Assembly (NCBI RefSeq): GCF_009914755.1
Contig: NC_060928.1
DNA from: the human T2T-CHM13v2.0 reference genome, Homo sapiens
Length of the DNA: 64,000 nucleotides
Direction: 5' to 3' (one strand)
Every line of letters starts with the position of its first letter. Positions within the stretch are counted from its first letter, which is position 1. A program made the position numbers and the translations under genes. Below the pieces are notes generated by a model. That model searched no databases and had not been told where the DNA came from. It worked only from the letters and a program-made list of their open reading frames with translations. Of this stretch, positions 42,530 to 64,000 are shown in pieces.

Positions 42530-42982
42530 CAGATACCCCTTGAATTAAGATGGGGTTATGTCCTGAGAAACTCATCCTAAGTTGAAAATACCATAAAATG
42601 AAAATTCACTTAACACACCTACTCTACTGAACTTAATAGCTTAAGTAGCTTAGCCTCTCTTGCCTTAAACATGCTTAGAAGACTTAAATTAGCCAACAGT
42701 TGCGCAAAATCATCTGGCAGCACAGTACCCTGTAGCGTATTGGTTGTTTACCCTGATCTGTGGCTGATCGTGTGGCTGACTAGGATGGTGTGGCTGACTG
42801 GGAGCTGCGGCTTGCTGCCGCTGCGCAGCATCGTGAGAGAGGATCACCTGGCGTATTGCTAGCTCGGGAAAAAATCAAAATTCAAAATTTGAAGTAGGGT
42901 TTCTACTGAACACATATCACTTTCTCATCATTGTAAAGTTGAAATATCGGAAGTTGAACCCTCATAAGCCAGGGACTGTCTG
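42530..42982. mobile_element. Tigger5/MER47-family non-autonomous DNA transposon
   Basis: TA|CAGATACCCCTTGAATTAAGATGGGGTT ... AACCCTCATAAGCCAGGGACTGTCTG degenerate terminal inverted repeats and MER47-like interior. Confidence 0.8.
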
Positions 42983-43728
42983 TGAATTGAAATTAGCCTA
43001 AAAGACAGCAGTAGTATCATATTTCAAAAAAGAAAATGTTATTTTGCATATACTGCCTTTACTCTGTAAAGTGTTTCAGACAGATTTTTTTAAAATATAA
43101 TTTGTGATCTAAGTCCAATTCCTTGTTCTTAAACTAAATGTCCAGCTTTTGGTCTATTTTCTTTTTTCTTCCACATTCCTACTCTCTGTTATCATTTTTC
43201 GGATATTTATATGGTTTGAGTGGCAGGCAAGTTAAAAATCGCAATTTAAAATAATTTTTGTGTGCTTTTCAAAGTGAAGCTAAGTTGGATTTTTTTAAAT
43301 AAGACTTTTTTCCGATTACAAAAGGAAATTTGTTGTGGAGATTTGGATATTTCTTTTTTTTTTTTTTTAAATGAGGCCTTGAGATTTGGAAATTTCTAAG
43401 TAGAATTTTGACACAGAATTCAAAATGACTGAAGAAATCTGCTGGATACCTAATGAGTCTCTTTAGAGTTGGGTGGATAAATTAGTCAATGGAAAACTTT
43501 ATTGCTGTCAATATGGGGTATATTTGAGAACAGTAAAGGAATTAGTACAATAATGGGGTTGATTTGGCAATTCGTGTTTTAGCTACTGTGATGGTCATTA
43601 ATTTAGAGATAATATAGGATAGTGGTTAAAAGTATGGATTTTGTGGCTTGGACCTGGACCTGGATTCAGTTCCTTACCCAGTACTCAGTAGTCATGTGAC
43701 GTTGCACAAGTGATCACTTCATGCTTGA

Positions 43729-46338
<2,610 letters not shown>

Positions 46339-46902
46339 TGAAAAGCAGTTTGTGATAGCAGTAATGTTCACGATTATGGATTGTTTGAAATAGTAGCTAC
46401 AGGTAATCATTATTCTTTTAGCCAAGCATTCTCATGCCCTTCTTTGGATGATTTTTTCAATGTTTTTTCAAACTCCTTTTCAACATACTTACCTGTTCCA
46501 GTCAGACTGTGCTTCAGTAAAATCCTGATTATTCTTTTTGTTTTACTATTCTGACTTGTGATTCTTCATGCCCGTGTTATATCAGGAAGGGTAATGGACC
46601 CCTGACTCCCTTCATCTACAAGTCCTTCTCTAACAGATCTCACACCTTTCATGTCCTGAATCACTGGTTAGCATCTGGGACATTTGTTTGAATATGCTAG
46701 AAATCATTCCCCAGTTATTTAATTCATGGGATTCCTTATTTCTGAAATTATATAGAAAGTTCTTCAGGGCAAACCTTTTCTTTGGCGTTCTTCAGAAGGC
46801 CCCATGGTACTGTGTACTATTTATCGTAGATATCCAACAAACTTCTGGTGAACTCAGTGATTCCCTATTACTCCATAAAATCATTTTAAAAGAAAGGATT
46901 TG

Positions 46903-47690
<788 letters not shown>

Positions 47691-48799
47691 TTATGGTTTC
47701 TAATGTTTTCTTTATTTTTAATTGTTTATCTCATATTCTGGACCGACTGTATATTATTTGGAAAATATAAGTTTAGAATAATGTAATAATTTGTTGTTTA
47801 AATATATCTTAATAATACGTAGTATTGATAAAAATATGGGACGACTTGGGGCCTCTGCTAGTGGGAATGTGCATTGGTACATCCTTTATAGAAATCATTT
47901 TATCATTGTGAATCAAGGACCTTAAAAAATTAATTCTCAGTAATTGTACCAGACACCTATCCTAAGGAAATAATAAGAGATACAAACAAAAAGTTTATGT
48001 ATGTACTGTATATTTATCACGGTATTCTGACTTCCTGTAACACACTCTTGAGAGCAACTTAAATAGCCTAAGAGGAAAATTATTCAATAAGTTGTAGAAC
48101 ACCTTACACTAAAAATTATTGTGGAACAATATTTGATGTGTAGGGTAATGTTTGGATATAACTTTAAAAGCTGTCTCTTAAGCTGCATATTTACTATAGT
48201 CACAATTTTTTTAAGTATAGGTATACATAAACACAAGTAAAAGGAAATGTATCAAAAATATAAAAATTGATTATCTCTGGATAGTGGAATTATGGGTGAT
48301 TTTTATAATATTCTTTATATTTCTTTATATCTCCCAAATATTCTACAAGAGGACATATTACTCTAATATGAAAACAAATGTTCCTTTTTCAAAGGAAAAA
48401 TCTTTATGAAAATTAACGGGTGTGCAATCATCCATCCAACAGATATTTGTATTATATATCAGTACCTTCTATGACAGTTTCACACATCTGTGAGTGGGAA
48501 CATTTGCCTCACAGCAGAGCTACTGCTTTAGATTCAATTTCCATTATAATTTTTTAATATTTCTATTAGGCATTTTATTTTGGGTTTTTTTCAAACACAG
48601 ACCTGTGTTTATTTACTGGCATGCTCTGTTTTCATAGCTGTTTAAATGCTGTTTGCAGTGTATGGGGTGGCCCACAGTGTCTAGATTTAGAAGCATTTAC
48701 AGCATTTGATTTATTCCTTTCCTAAGTGTTTGGAAAATAAAACCTGAGTCATTGGGATTCTCTTTTTCACAGAATTGTGTTATTGTTCTTTGCTTTCAC

Positions 48800-49065
48800 T
48801 GTGGCACACCCCCTTTTGTAATTGGCCCTTGGTGAGATTACAGAAACATTTGTTGCCACCAGTGCAGTCAGCCTTAGATTTACACTGTCAGGTTCTCTGA
48901 GCTGTGATTATGTGTTCAGAAGGCAGTCTCAGTGAACTTCTCAAAGTGAGAAGGTTGTAGCTTTTAATACAGTCTCAGAAGCCTATGGGACAAAGTTTTC
49001 TGGACACGGTTCATCCCTTCTTGTTGCTCTGCCCTGAAAATAACCTGGCTAGTCACCCTTTCAAG
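48800..49065 (+). other. RUFY3: Candidate third (non-coding) first exon of RUFY3; 5' end approximate
   Basis: Near-consensus donor AAG|GTAAGT at 49065/49066 in a repeat-free block, AP-1 site TGAGTCA at 48745; agrees with my unverified recollection of a shorter isoform starting MRDDTE in the 54-nt exon. Confidence 0.4.
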
Positions 49066-49996
49066 GTAAGTTTTACCCACTTAGCTTCCAGGATTTTGTA
49101 AAATTCTAAATCTGGGTGAGAAATATCAGTAGCTCTGTACTTGTATGCCAGTTCCTATCTAAACCACGAAAGAGGTGCATGCTGCCTCTGATCTGACCGT
49201 AACATACTCTGCATAAAATCAGCTTTTCCTTCCTGTTTCAGGACTACTTTCAGTTTCTTCCTGTCTCTTTGATACTCTTGCACTAGCGTTGGCTTCAGTG
49301 CACTGTCATTAACCACAGTGCCTTACAGTATTTTCTTCTATTGGTGAGCCTTTTCTGGACCTTTCGTGAAACAGAGCTTCTACTTGAATCTTTAATTTGT
49401 GCCCTTCATAACAGAACTCACATTAACTCTTCTTTGGGTTATCAGCTTCTGACACCCAAGAGTCATTTGTCCTAAACTAATCACTGAAATATGAATCATT
49501 TTCCAAAAAGAAATGCTGTGCCAGAGAAGATAATTGCCACTCAGTGATAGAGCTCAGAACGGAATTCACGTTGTCAGATTCCCAAGCCTGAGTACCAACC
49601 AAGATCTGGTTGGAAAGAGCAAGTGCTGTCGTCTGAGAACATCCACCATATTCTGTACTCTTCAGTAGCTGTTCTGTGTTTTGCTTTTTTGATGGTGCCC
49701 CTCCTGAGGGGGAGGTGGAGAGTATATAATTGGGCATGTTTTTTCATTGTGGTTCCTCTAGTCCCCACCAGTCAACTGTGACTACTATGAAGTGCTTTTG
49801 AGTACAGGGCTGTAAATACTAAAATCTGTTCCTTTGCAATTTTTGGTATTTGAGCTTTTCCAGAGAACAAATAGAAGGATTTGATGAGCTTAGAAATACA
49901 TGTGTAGAGGAACAGTGAAAAAGACTTCTTCCCAAATGGCTGCTAAGTAATTATATATTTTTCATCATAATTAAATATTCTCAAAATTGTATGTCA

Positions 49997-50660
<664 letters not shown>

Positions 50661-50823
50661 GAAATGTCTTTAGCATTATTATGTACAGATATTTTTAATG
50701 AAAACAACTTTAGTTATAGAGGTGATATATTTGCATTGTAAGTCACAAGATACAGAAAAGTATAAAAATGCAAAATAATAGAATGCACCTACATTTCAAA
50801 TACCTAGGGATAACCACTGTTAA

Positions 50824-53486
<2,663 letters not shown>

Positions 53487-54276
53487 TCAGTAAAATTAAA
53501 ATGGCTGAAGTGTTGATGACTTAATGTGTTACCTTTTCTAGGGCTATTTGTCTTTTTTTTTTTTTTTGCTGATATTTTTGTGGAGAAAGTAGACCTTGGC
53601 CCAAATTACTGGTTTATTAGAACAAAACCTCAAAGCATTTATGAAAATTAATATATGACAATTGCTTTGTTACCAAGCTAATAATACTATGGTTAGTTTA
53701 ATAGCACCTCAGCTGTTAATTTGTCATTTGGTTTATTTAGGTTGACTAATTTTTTTTCCTGTTTTTAATATTTAGCTTAGCTGGCTTTTTAAAATTCCAT
53801 TCACTCTATTGTCTTTGAATAATTACGGCAAATATAGAGAAATCCAGTTGTAAGTGTAAAGTTGACATTGAGTACCTATGCTTTGCTAAGTACTTCAAAT
53901 TTATTAGCTTTTATTTTCACAATAGCCCTTCAAGGAGTTATATGTGATGTGTCTGGGTTTGGGGCTTCAGAAAGGTGTTGCCTTAAGAAACCATAATAAA
54001 ATTCTAAAAATTAACACTAAATCAAAGACACTTGGTCTCAAGGGGACAAAATAACCCCCAGGCCTTGTAAAATCTGTCACTTGGTTGCCTATAGCAATAC
54101 TGCTAGAGAAAGGCTACCTCAAGAAGAGATTTCACAACCATGGATACATAAACAAAGGCGAAGCATTTTTTAGCCCATTCAAGCACTTCCCTGTAGAAAA
54201 GGAGCTTCATTCAGCCAGTTGCCTCATCCAGAGAAAAAAGAAGTACAAGAGGGGCCAGGCTCACCTTCTACCAGAC

Positions 54277-54504
<228 letters not shown>

Positions 54505-56098
54505 TCAGGTCTAAGAATGAAAAAAAATCAATAGACTAATTATGTAGCTCTGAAAAGATTTAAGCTGGTGGCACTGTAAACATCTACCCTTAAGGTACAT
54601 AGTGACTCAAAGGACCTTGAGGTATAAAAGAATGGCATGTTACCTGTTGTAGTAAAGTCCTGAGCATGCCAAGGTAAAGTGGAGAACAGCTTTACATGGA
54701 AAAGACAGACCTTTTAGTTTCTGGGGGAGAAAAGTTCTCTTAAATTAATTGCATCACTCTGATACTTAAAACTTTAATCTCTGTTTTAAGAAGAAAACAG
54801 AAAATATGTCTGTTTGTAACAGAAAAATGTTCTAGATGGGATATGCCCAAGGAAAAGTCCGAGATCCCTGGTATCCACCACGCATTCCTACCTAGAAATT
54901 CACTTTCCAGAGCCTTTTTCTATACAAATCTTGGAGGCTCTTCATATTTTGCTTTACTAAGGTAGGCTTTTATCTTCATAGGTGACAAATAGAGTTTCTA
55001 ATTAAATACAATACAATAAAGAACAAAATGGGAATATTCCCTCTATTGACTTTTGCAAGGTCACAGCAAGTCTGTAAAGTAATAATGTGGATGGTAAGAG
55101 TCCATTCTCATGAATCTGTAATCCTACATAATATAGATTTGTGGCACATTATATTGTCAAAGGATTGAACCTGAAAATGACTTCTGCAAATATGTCTATA
55201 TATAATGTATTTCAGCACTAATTTACTATAAAATAATAGTAGCCAACTCACAGTATTTTTTTTTCTGTATGAGACACTTTCCATTTGCTTTACATATATA
55301 GACACATAATTCCAAAATTAAAAAAACCTCTGGAAATGAAAAGCATTTTTCACAAATTTGCCTGAACTTATTTGGTGTTACAACATGATGTGAATTTACT
55401 TGAGGCTATTTATAGTCTTTATTCTACTTAATCTGAATATTCATTTCCTGCAGAAATATTAATGTGCTTGATTGTAGGTTACTGCCTCAGATCCTGCTAG
55501 TTCTGTATGGTGAATAAACATCTGGCTTTATTGAATTATATGTGATTTATTTTGTGTATCTTCAAAGTAGCCTCCTTTATTTTTGTTTTGGGGAAGGAGA
55601 ATTGGGGGAGGGGGAGTTGGAAAAAGTATTTGGATTTTTTTTTTTTTTAAGAAAAGTCACTAGTTTGCATCATAATATTTGTCCTGAATCTAAAAGAAAT
55701 ATATCGCACATACTTTTCAATTCCCTGAAGTGATCAAAATAATAGTTGAGTTAGATTAATGTCGCCTACACTTAGAATACAAAGAGCCTTTGATTTTCAA
55801 TAGAAAAATAAATCTGTGTTGCTTTTTAATAGGATATGCATCTTTGTTTCCCTTTATTTGAAACTTTGAAATTGCTAATCTTAGCTTTGAAACATATTTA
55901 ATAACCGTAGTTGCTATCTCTGCTTATTTGGTTGTACTCCCAGCCCTTGTCACTGTTAATCGCTGTGATAAGTAGAAAGAATCCTAGGAACCTCCCTTTC
56001 AGTTATCCCTTTGGAAATCTTGTTTTTAATAGCACTTTTCTTTCTGGGCTTGCATGACATTTTATCTTTCTTTTCCTTTCTTTTTGCCGTTTGCAAAG

Positions 56099-56152
56099 AC
56101 TCTTGGGAGGATTTGACAGATTTGGTGGAGCAAATGCGCGATGATACAGAAG
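56099..56152 (+). CDS. RUFY3: RUFY3 54-nt cassette exon encoding (D)SWEDLTDLVEQMRDDTE
   Basis: Long polypyrimidine tract then TTTGCAAAG| acceptor; donor AAG|GTGCGT; 18 codons, open in phase 1-1 and compatible with both first exons; resembles the 18-aa insert I recall in rodent Singar2. Confidence 0.8.
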
Positions 56153-57524
56153 GTGCGTGCCACACCAACATCTTTCAGCTTTTTCTCCTTGCTTTTTAAA
56201 ATTTTCTAACCACCTTTTAATTGTTTTCCGTAAGAGGAAATGTCAGCTTTAGGTTTTATTTCCCATGGCAATAAGTGGAAATCTTAATGTTTTGGTTCCA
56301 AGTAAAATAGTGTCAATGTATGTTTATGTTGCTTTTGAAAGATATTTGCTGAATAACGTGTTTAAAAGGGACATTATTTCAAGATTATATCAAGTTTTTG
56401 CCATGGCTGTTTTTTCACTTGTTTGTTGAGAAAGTGTAAATTTTATTACTCATGCAAATACATGTATATATATTTCTGTGAATTTCACAGCAGCCAAAAG
56501 CAAACAGATCCCAGGAATCTAGTGGTTGGCCTGGAATGTTGCTCTGATTTGTAGATTTCCATAACATTACACACTTAAGCTTTGTCATGTCATAGCATTC
56601 TTTTCTGGTGTAATTATTTTTTGTTAATTTTTTCTTCTTCATACAAGAGACTGAAACATGGAATGGTGTGATTATCTTTTTAAAGTAGCACACATGTTCT
56701 AATGTGGAAAGGTTCCCCAAACCAATCAGTGTTTCTTCTGTATCAAGGCAGCTAACTATAGGGAGCTCAGAGCGATTTACACATTTTATACTAAAAATAG
56801 AAAAATTGAGATTTGAATCTACTTTATCATTTTACATGTTCCCGCTTTGCTGTAGCACACACCCCTGACACACACACATCCACCACTCTGTCCAGACTGA
56901 CCTTTCCTGCCCACCTCCTCCTCTCCTACTTTGTTCCTGTGACATCTCATGTATTTATACCCTTCCCCCTCCGCCTGTGCCACCTGCGAACCCTTCAGTC
57001 CTTATGGGATTTCCACAATTTACTCTTTGACAGCTTTGGCCCACATTCTTTTCTCCATTCACTTGCTGCTGCAGAACTTGGAGCTTAAGGAAGGCTTTTT
57101 ACTTATTCTCTAATTCTTGTGTGTTTATCAACCTAGTTAAAGGGTAAACTCCTTGAGAACAGAGATTGTCTTAAACTTCTTGGTATCCTTAATCAGACCT
57201 GGGACGAGTACTGCCCTCAGTAGATCTGGTCATTACCAAACAAAATCAAGGCAGCTTTACCCTCTCTGTTGATGCCCAAGAGTATCTTCTGTTTCAGCCC
57301 TTGCCTTTGAATGTGTGAATTCTGAAATCCTGAGTGTCATCTCTTTTCCTTTGGTCAAACTATTTTTATGCCATCTTTGATTCTGCTTTTAATATAACTG
57401 ATTACATATAGTTCAGTGAAAGAACAAATCAGTATTGTCTAGTTGATTGACAGTTCACAGACAAGAAAAAAGAGAAGGATGTTGATTCATTTAGTGTGTA
57501 ATGTTTACTATTGTGTTAGCTGCT

Positions 57525-59715
<2,191 letters not shown>

Positions 59716-60271
59716 TGAACTATTTTTTACAGTGATGATTAGTTTCATATTCTATGTGTTTGTAACTTATATCTACTAGAATATGAAGTGTCTTCTTAGG
59801 GTACAATTGTATGATGTACAACACCTATTATATTGCATCTCCTTTCCTTATATGCTAGTAATTTGTGTCTAAAATGTTTTGAAACTCACTAGGGAAATTA
59901 TGAACATTAAATTAAATAATGAAAGGCACATAGCTTATTACCTTTAGTTTTTCAATAAATATCGGATTTCTGTCTGTACTCATTACAAGCCTTTTGAACA
60001 GATTTTGTAAATTTGCAGTGGCCCAGATTACTGCCCGTCTCTCTGAGGATTAAAATAGTCAGGACAGTACTTGAATTTAGGCAATAATATACCTGTGTAA
60101 AATATTACCTACCAAAATTGCATACTGGTTCCTTGGCATTTGGGGGCAGAGGGTGTTAAGACTTGATGCATGTTGAAAAACAGAAGAAACATATCTTAAG
60201 AGATTTTATTAGCTTCTAGCACTGTGCCACATCGTCATTCAATAAGCTTATTAAGTTAAACAAAATTGTTA

Positions 60272-60996
<725 letters not shown>

Positions 60997-61029
60997 GTTA
61001 TGTACATGGAAGACCATAATAATTGCAGT

Positions 61030-61710
61030 AGCTAACAACTTTTTTCCTTAGTATATTCCAAGCACTTCTAAATGGTTACGTATAAGAACTTGTTTACTCT
61101 TCAGAACCCTGTCACCATTTTATAGATAAGGAAAGTGACACATACAGAGGTTAAGAAAGTTTCCCAGCAAAATACTACTCAGTTGTAAAAAGGAAGAGAC
61201 CACTGATACATGCAACAACCTGAATGATTCTTCGGAGAATTATGCTGAATAACAAAAAGTCAATTTTAATGGTTGCATACTATATGATTCTATTTACATA
61301 ACAGTCTTGAAGTGATGAAAGTATAGAAATGAAGAACAGATTAGTGGTTGGCATGGGTTGAGGATGGAGTAGGGGCAAGGAGAGATGTGGGCATGGCTAT
61401 AAAACATCAATATGGGGGATCCTTGTCGTGATGGAAATGTTCAGTGTCTTGACTGTAATTCAACATCAGTATACTGGTTGTGATAATGTACTACAGTTTT
61501 GCAAGATACCCTTGGGAGAACTAGGTTAAAAGTACATGGTATCTCTCGATATTATTTCTTACAATTTCATGTGATTCCTCAATTATCTCAAAACAGAAAA
61601 TGCAACAAGAGAAAAAACTTTTCCCAAGGTCACACAGCTAGGGAAGAGTTTGAATAGAGTTCAAACTCCCACAGACCAGCTTTAGAGCTTGTGCTGTTAA
61701 CCACTACACC
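61030..61710. mobile_element. MIR interrupted by an old L1M 3' end (about 61170-61610)
   Basis: MIR halves (CCATTTTATAGATAAGGAAA..AGAGGTTAAG / CCCAAGGTCACACAGCTAG) around L1M-type AATACTACTCAG..TATATGATTC..GAACAGATTAGTGGTTG. Confidence 0.75.
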
Positions 61711-62203
61711 AAAATTGTTTAAACTTATTTGACACAAGAACAACTGTAAAAATACATCTTCATCAGAACTCAGTACACACATCATTTATTTGTATGTATC
61801 TTAAAACAAAAGTTTCATGAAACAATACATAGCCTTACTATATAGGACATTAAATTGATTTTGTGACCCACTAAAGGGTTGTGACCTTTGTTTGAAAGAC
61901 ACTCCAGTATCCTGTGCTGCCTCTCTGGTATATACATCCATTTGTACGGTAGCCACTGTCTAGGTGTGTGCAAAAAAAAAAAAACAAATTCCTGAAAGGA
62001 CTGTTTTGGCTCTGTTTCCAGCCTGTAATTGTGGGCATACTTTAAAGGCTGGGCTAGTAACCTTGCATCCTTCTATTTCTCTTTAAAACATCTCCTTGTG
62101 AAAGCATCTTTTCTCATAACTGCTATTATTGTCCTATGCTGATGACTCTCTAAGTCCAAACTTCCATTTGCATTTACAACTAGGTGATCAAAAATATCTT
62201 GAA

Positions 62204-62330
62204 AGCTGGGCATGGTGGTTGCATTCCTGGAGACCCATCTATTCAGGAGGCTGAGGTGGGAGGATTGCTTGAGCCCATGAGTCCAAGTCCAGCCTGGGCA
62301 ACATAGTGAGACCTTGTCTTTAAAAATAAT
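62204..62330 (+). mobile_element. FLAM-like Alu monomer within an L2-like remnant
   Basis: Monomer consensus; pyrimidine-rich L2-like flanks extending to about 62720. Confidence 0.7.
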
Positions 62331-62990
62331 ATGTTGAGAATCCTTCCACATAAATATCCTTTATGATATCCAAAACCAAGTTTATTTTGCCCTTTATCTC
62401 CATAACAGTTACTCAACTTTTTCATTTCCCTTTATAGCACACTCTTCCAGTCTCTCAGGGCAAAAATGTTGGTGTTATTCTTGACCCCTTCATTTCCTTT
62501 ATCTTTTCTATGACTATCTGAACTTGAATCACTACAGTTCTTCGTGGCAGACCATTTTGATTCTCTTCCCTCAAATTCATTTTGCGTAATCTTCTCAGAT
62601 TAGTCATCTCCAAACAAAATTTTAGGCACGCTGATTCTCTGCTCAAAACTACAGTGGTTCCCATTGCTTCCTCCATTAATATCCAAGTCTAGTTTCAGAG
62701 ACCTCTTTATCTGACTCTACCCTACCTGTGTTTTCCAGTTCTCCCCAGTAAGAACTCCCTCTTCCACTCTTATTTTCTCCACCTGACTTCACACACCCAT
62801 TCCAACCACTTGGAATACCGTCCTTCATGTGTTCTGTGATACCACGACATTTAGGATCTACCTCAAGTACTGCAGTATATTGAGATTTATCACACTTTTA
62901 TTCATATTACTTTTGGTGTTATCTCATTTGAAGTACAAATGTACAATATTCCAGGGAGTTAAACTAAGGACAGTGGTTATTCCTGGTTTT

Positions 62991-63407
62991 TGTCAGGTCT
63001 GAGGTTTACCTGCTTTAACAAATTAATAAAGCCTCTTGCTGTTTCTTGGATGCTGGCAAAAGACACAAGACTCCTAGGTCAGAGATAAAGGACTTTATTA
63101 CTCATGACAGTGCAAGCAGCCTGAGCATCTGCATATCTGTGCCAGTTCTTCTTGGACCAGAGTCCCATGGGGTGACACTGGATGGCTCAGTGACATGCTT
63201 CACACGTGGTAGGTTTGTGTTGCAGATGAAGAAGGCCAAGTTGGGAGAACCCATTGTTTTTATAGGAAGCAGTAGGAAAGCTTCGTCTCTCATTATCAGG
63301 TTCATAAATGGCCCAGGAAAGAGTGGTCAGGGCCGTATAGTCTTGACATAACCCAGTAAAGAAATGTAGGTGCCCAAGAGGTCCAAGGAGGATTGTCTTC
63401 CCCAACA
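62991..63407 (-). mobile_element. Probable old ERVL-type solo LTR (family not determined)
   Basis: TG...CA ends, about 417 bp, minus-strand AATAAA at 63094-63099, GACTCCTAGGTCAGAGATAAAGGACTTTATT motif. Confidence 0.5.
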
Positions 63408-64000
63408 TTTTACAGATGAAACAGAAGAATGAGGATTTCCCCCAACATCACTCAGGGAATATGAGAGAGACAGATCTAACCCTTCTAGATCATAGATCTA
63501 ACTGCGATTGCCCTCTCACATCCATTTACATTGTTTTTCTTTTCTTTTCTTTTCTTTTTTTTATACCTAGGTAAAGCCCAAAACATTTAAATTATTTCTA
63601 TGCAATAAATTGAGCAAACCAAGGAATTCTTGGGTTGTATTTACCACCTAAATTTCTTATGTTGTATCAAAACAACGAAGGTTTGTCCTAACTTCTAAAT
63701 GTTTCCAGAAATCTTCTAGGTATTCTTCTGCAGCATGGAATTCTCAGGTAAAGGTAACTGAAGAAGTCTGGGAAACTTTCCAAAACTAAAATTGATTATA
63801 TTATGATATGGGAGCCCAATGAAGAAGAAATCAGTGTGTTTCCTAGGGAACTCTTGTGCAAGCTAATATATTTTTTTTTAATCTATTAAAGATTAGAGAA
63901 ATGTATACCTAACCAAGAATGAGTAAGAGTATATGAAAATAATGGTTTTGGTTAAGTAAGCTGACTCATTTCAATGCTAAAGCCCATCAAAAGGGTTTTT

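Overview
This is primate, almost certainly human, genomic DNA that I recognise as the 4q13.3 UTP3-RUFY3 locus; it is not microbial. It contains the complete intronless UTP3 (SAS10/CRLZ1) gene (3146-4585, +) and the 5' part of RUFY3 (+). RUFY3 has two alternative coding first exons, 19403-19760 in a CpG island and 37046-37223, both ending in phase 1. It also has a 54-nt frame-preserving cassette exon (56099-56152) and a candidate third, non-coding first exon ending at 49065. The rest is intergenic or intronic and rich in repeats: about 60 Alu/FLAM copies, L1PA 3' ends, old L1M/L2/MIR, MER5, a Tigger5/MER47 element, a solo LTR and two U6 retropseudogenes. Nearly all other ORFs in the track are Alu, L1 or GC-richness artefacts. 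I see no wholly new gene system. The most unusual signal is a 223-bp chimeric templated insertion (54277-54499) built from two inverted donors 1.3-7 kb upstream. Several other template-switch scars and repeated reuse of single retrotransposon target sites are also present. Gene and repeat-family names come from recall, not database searches, and repeat boundaries are approximate.
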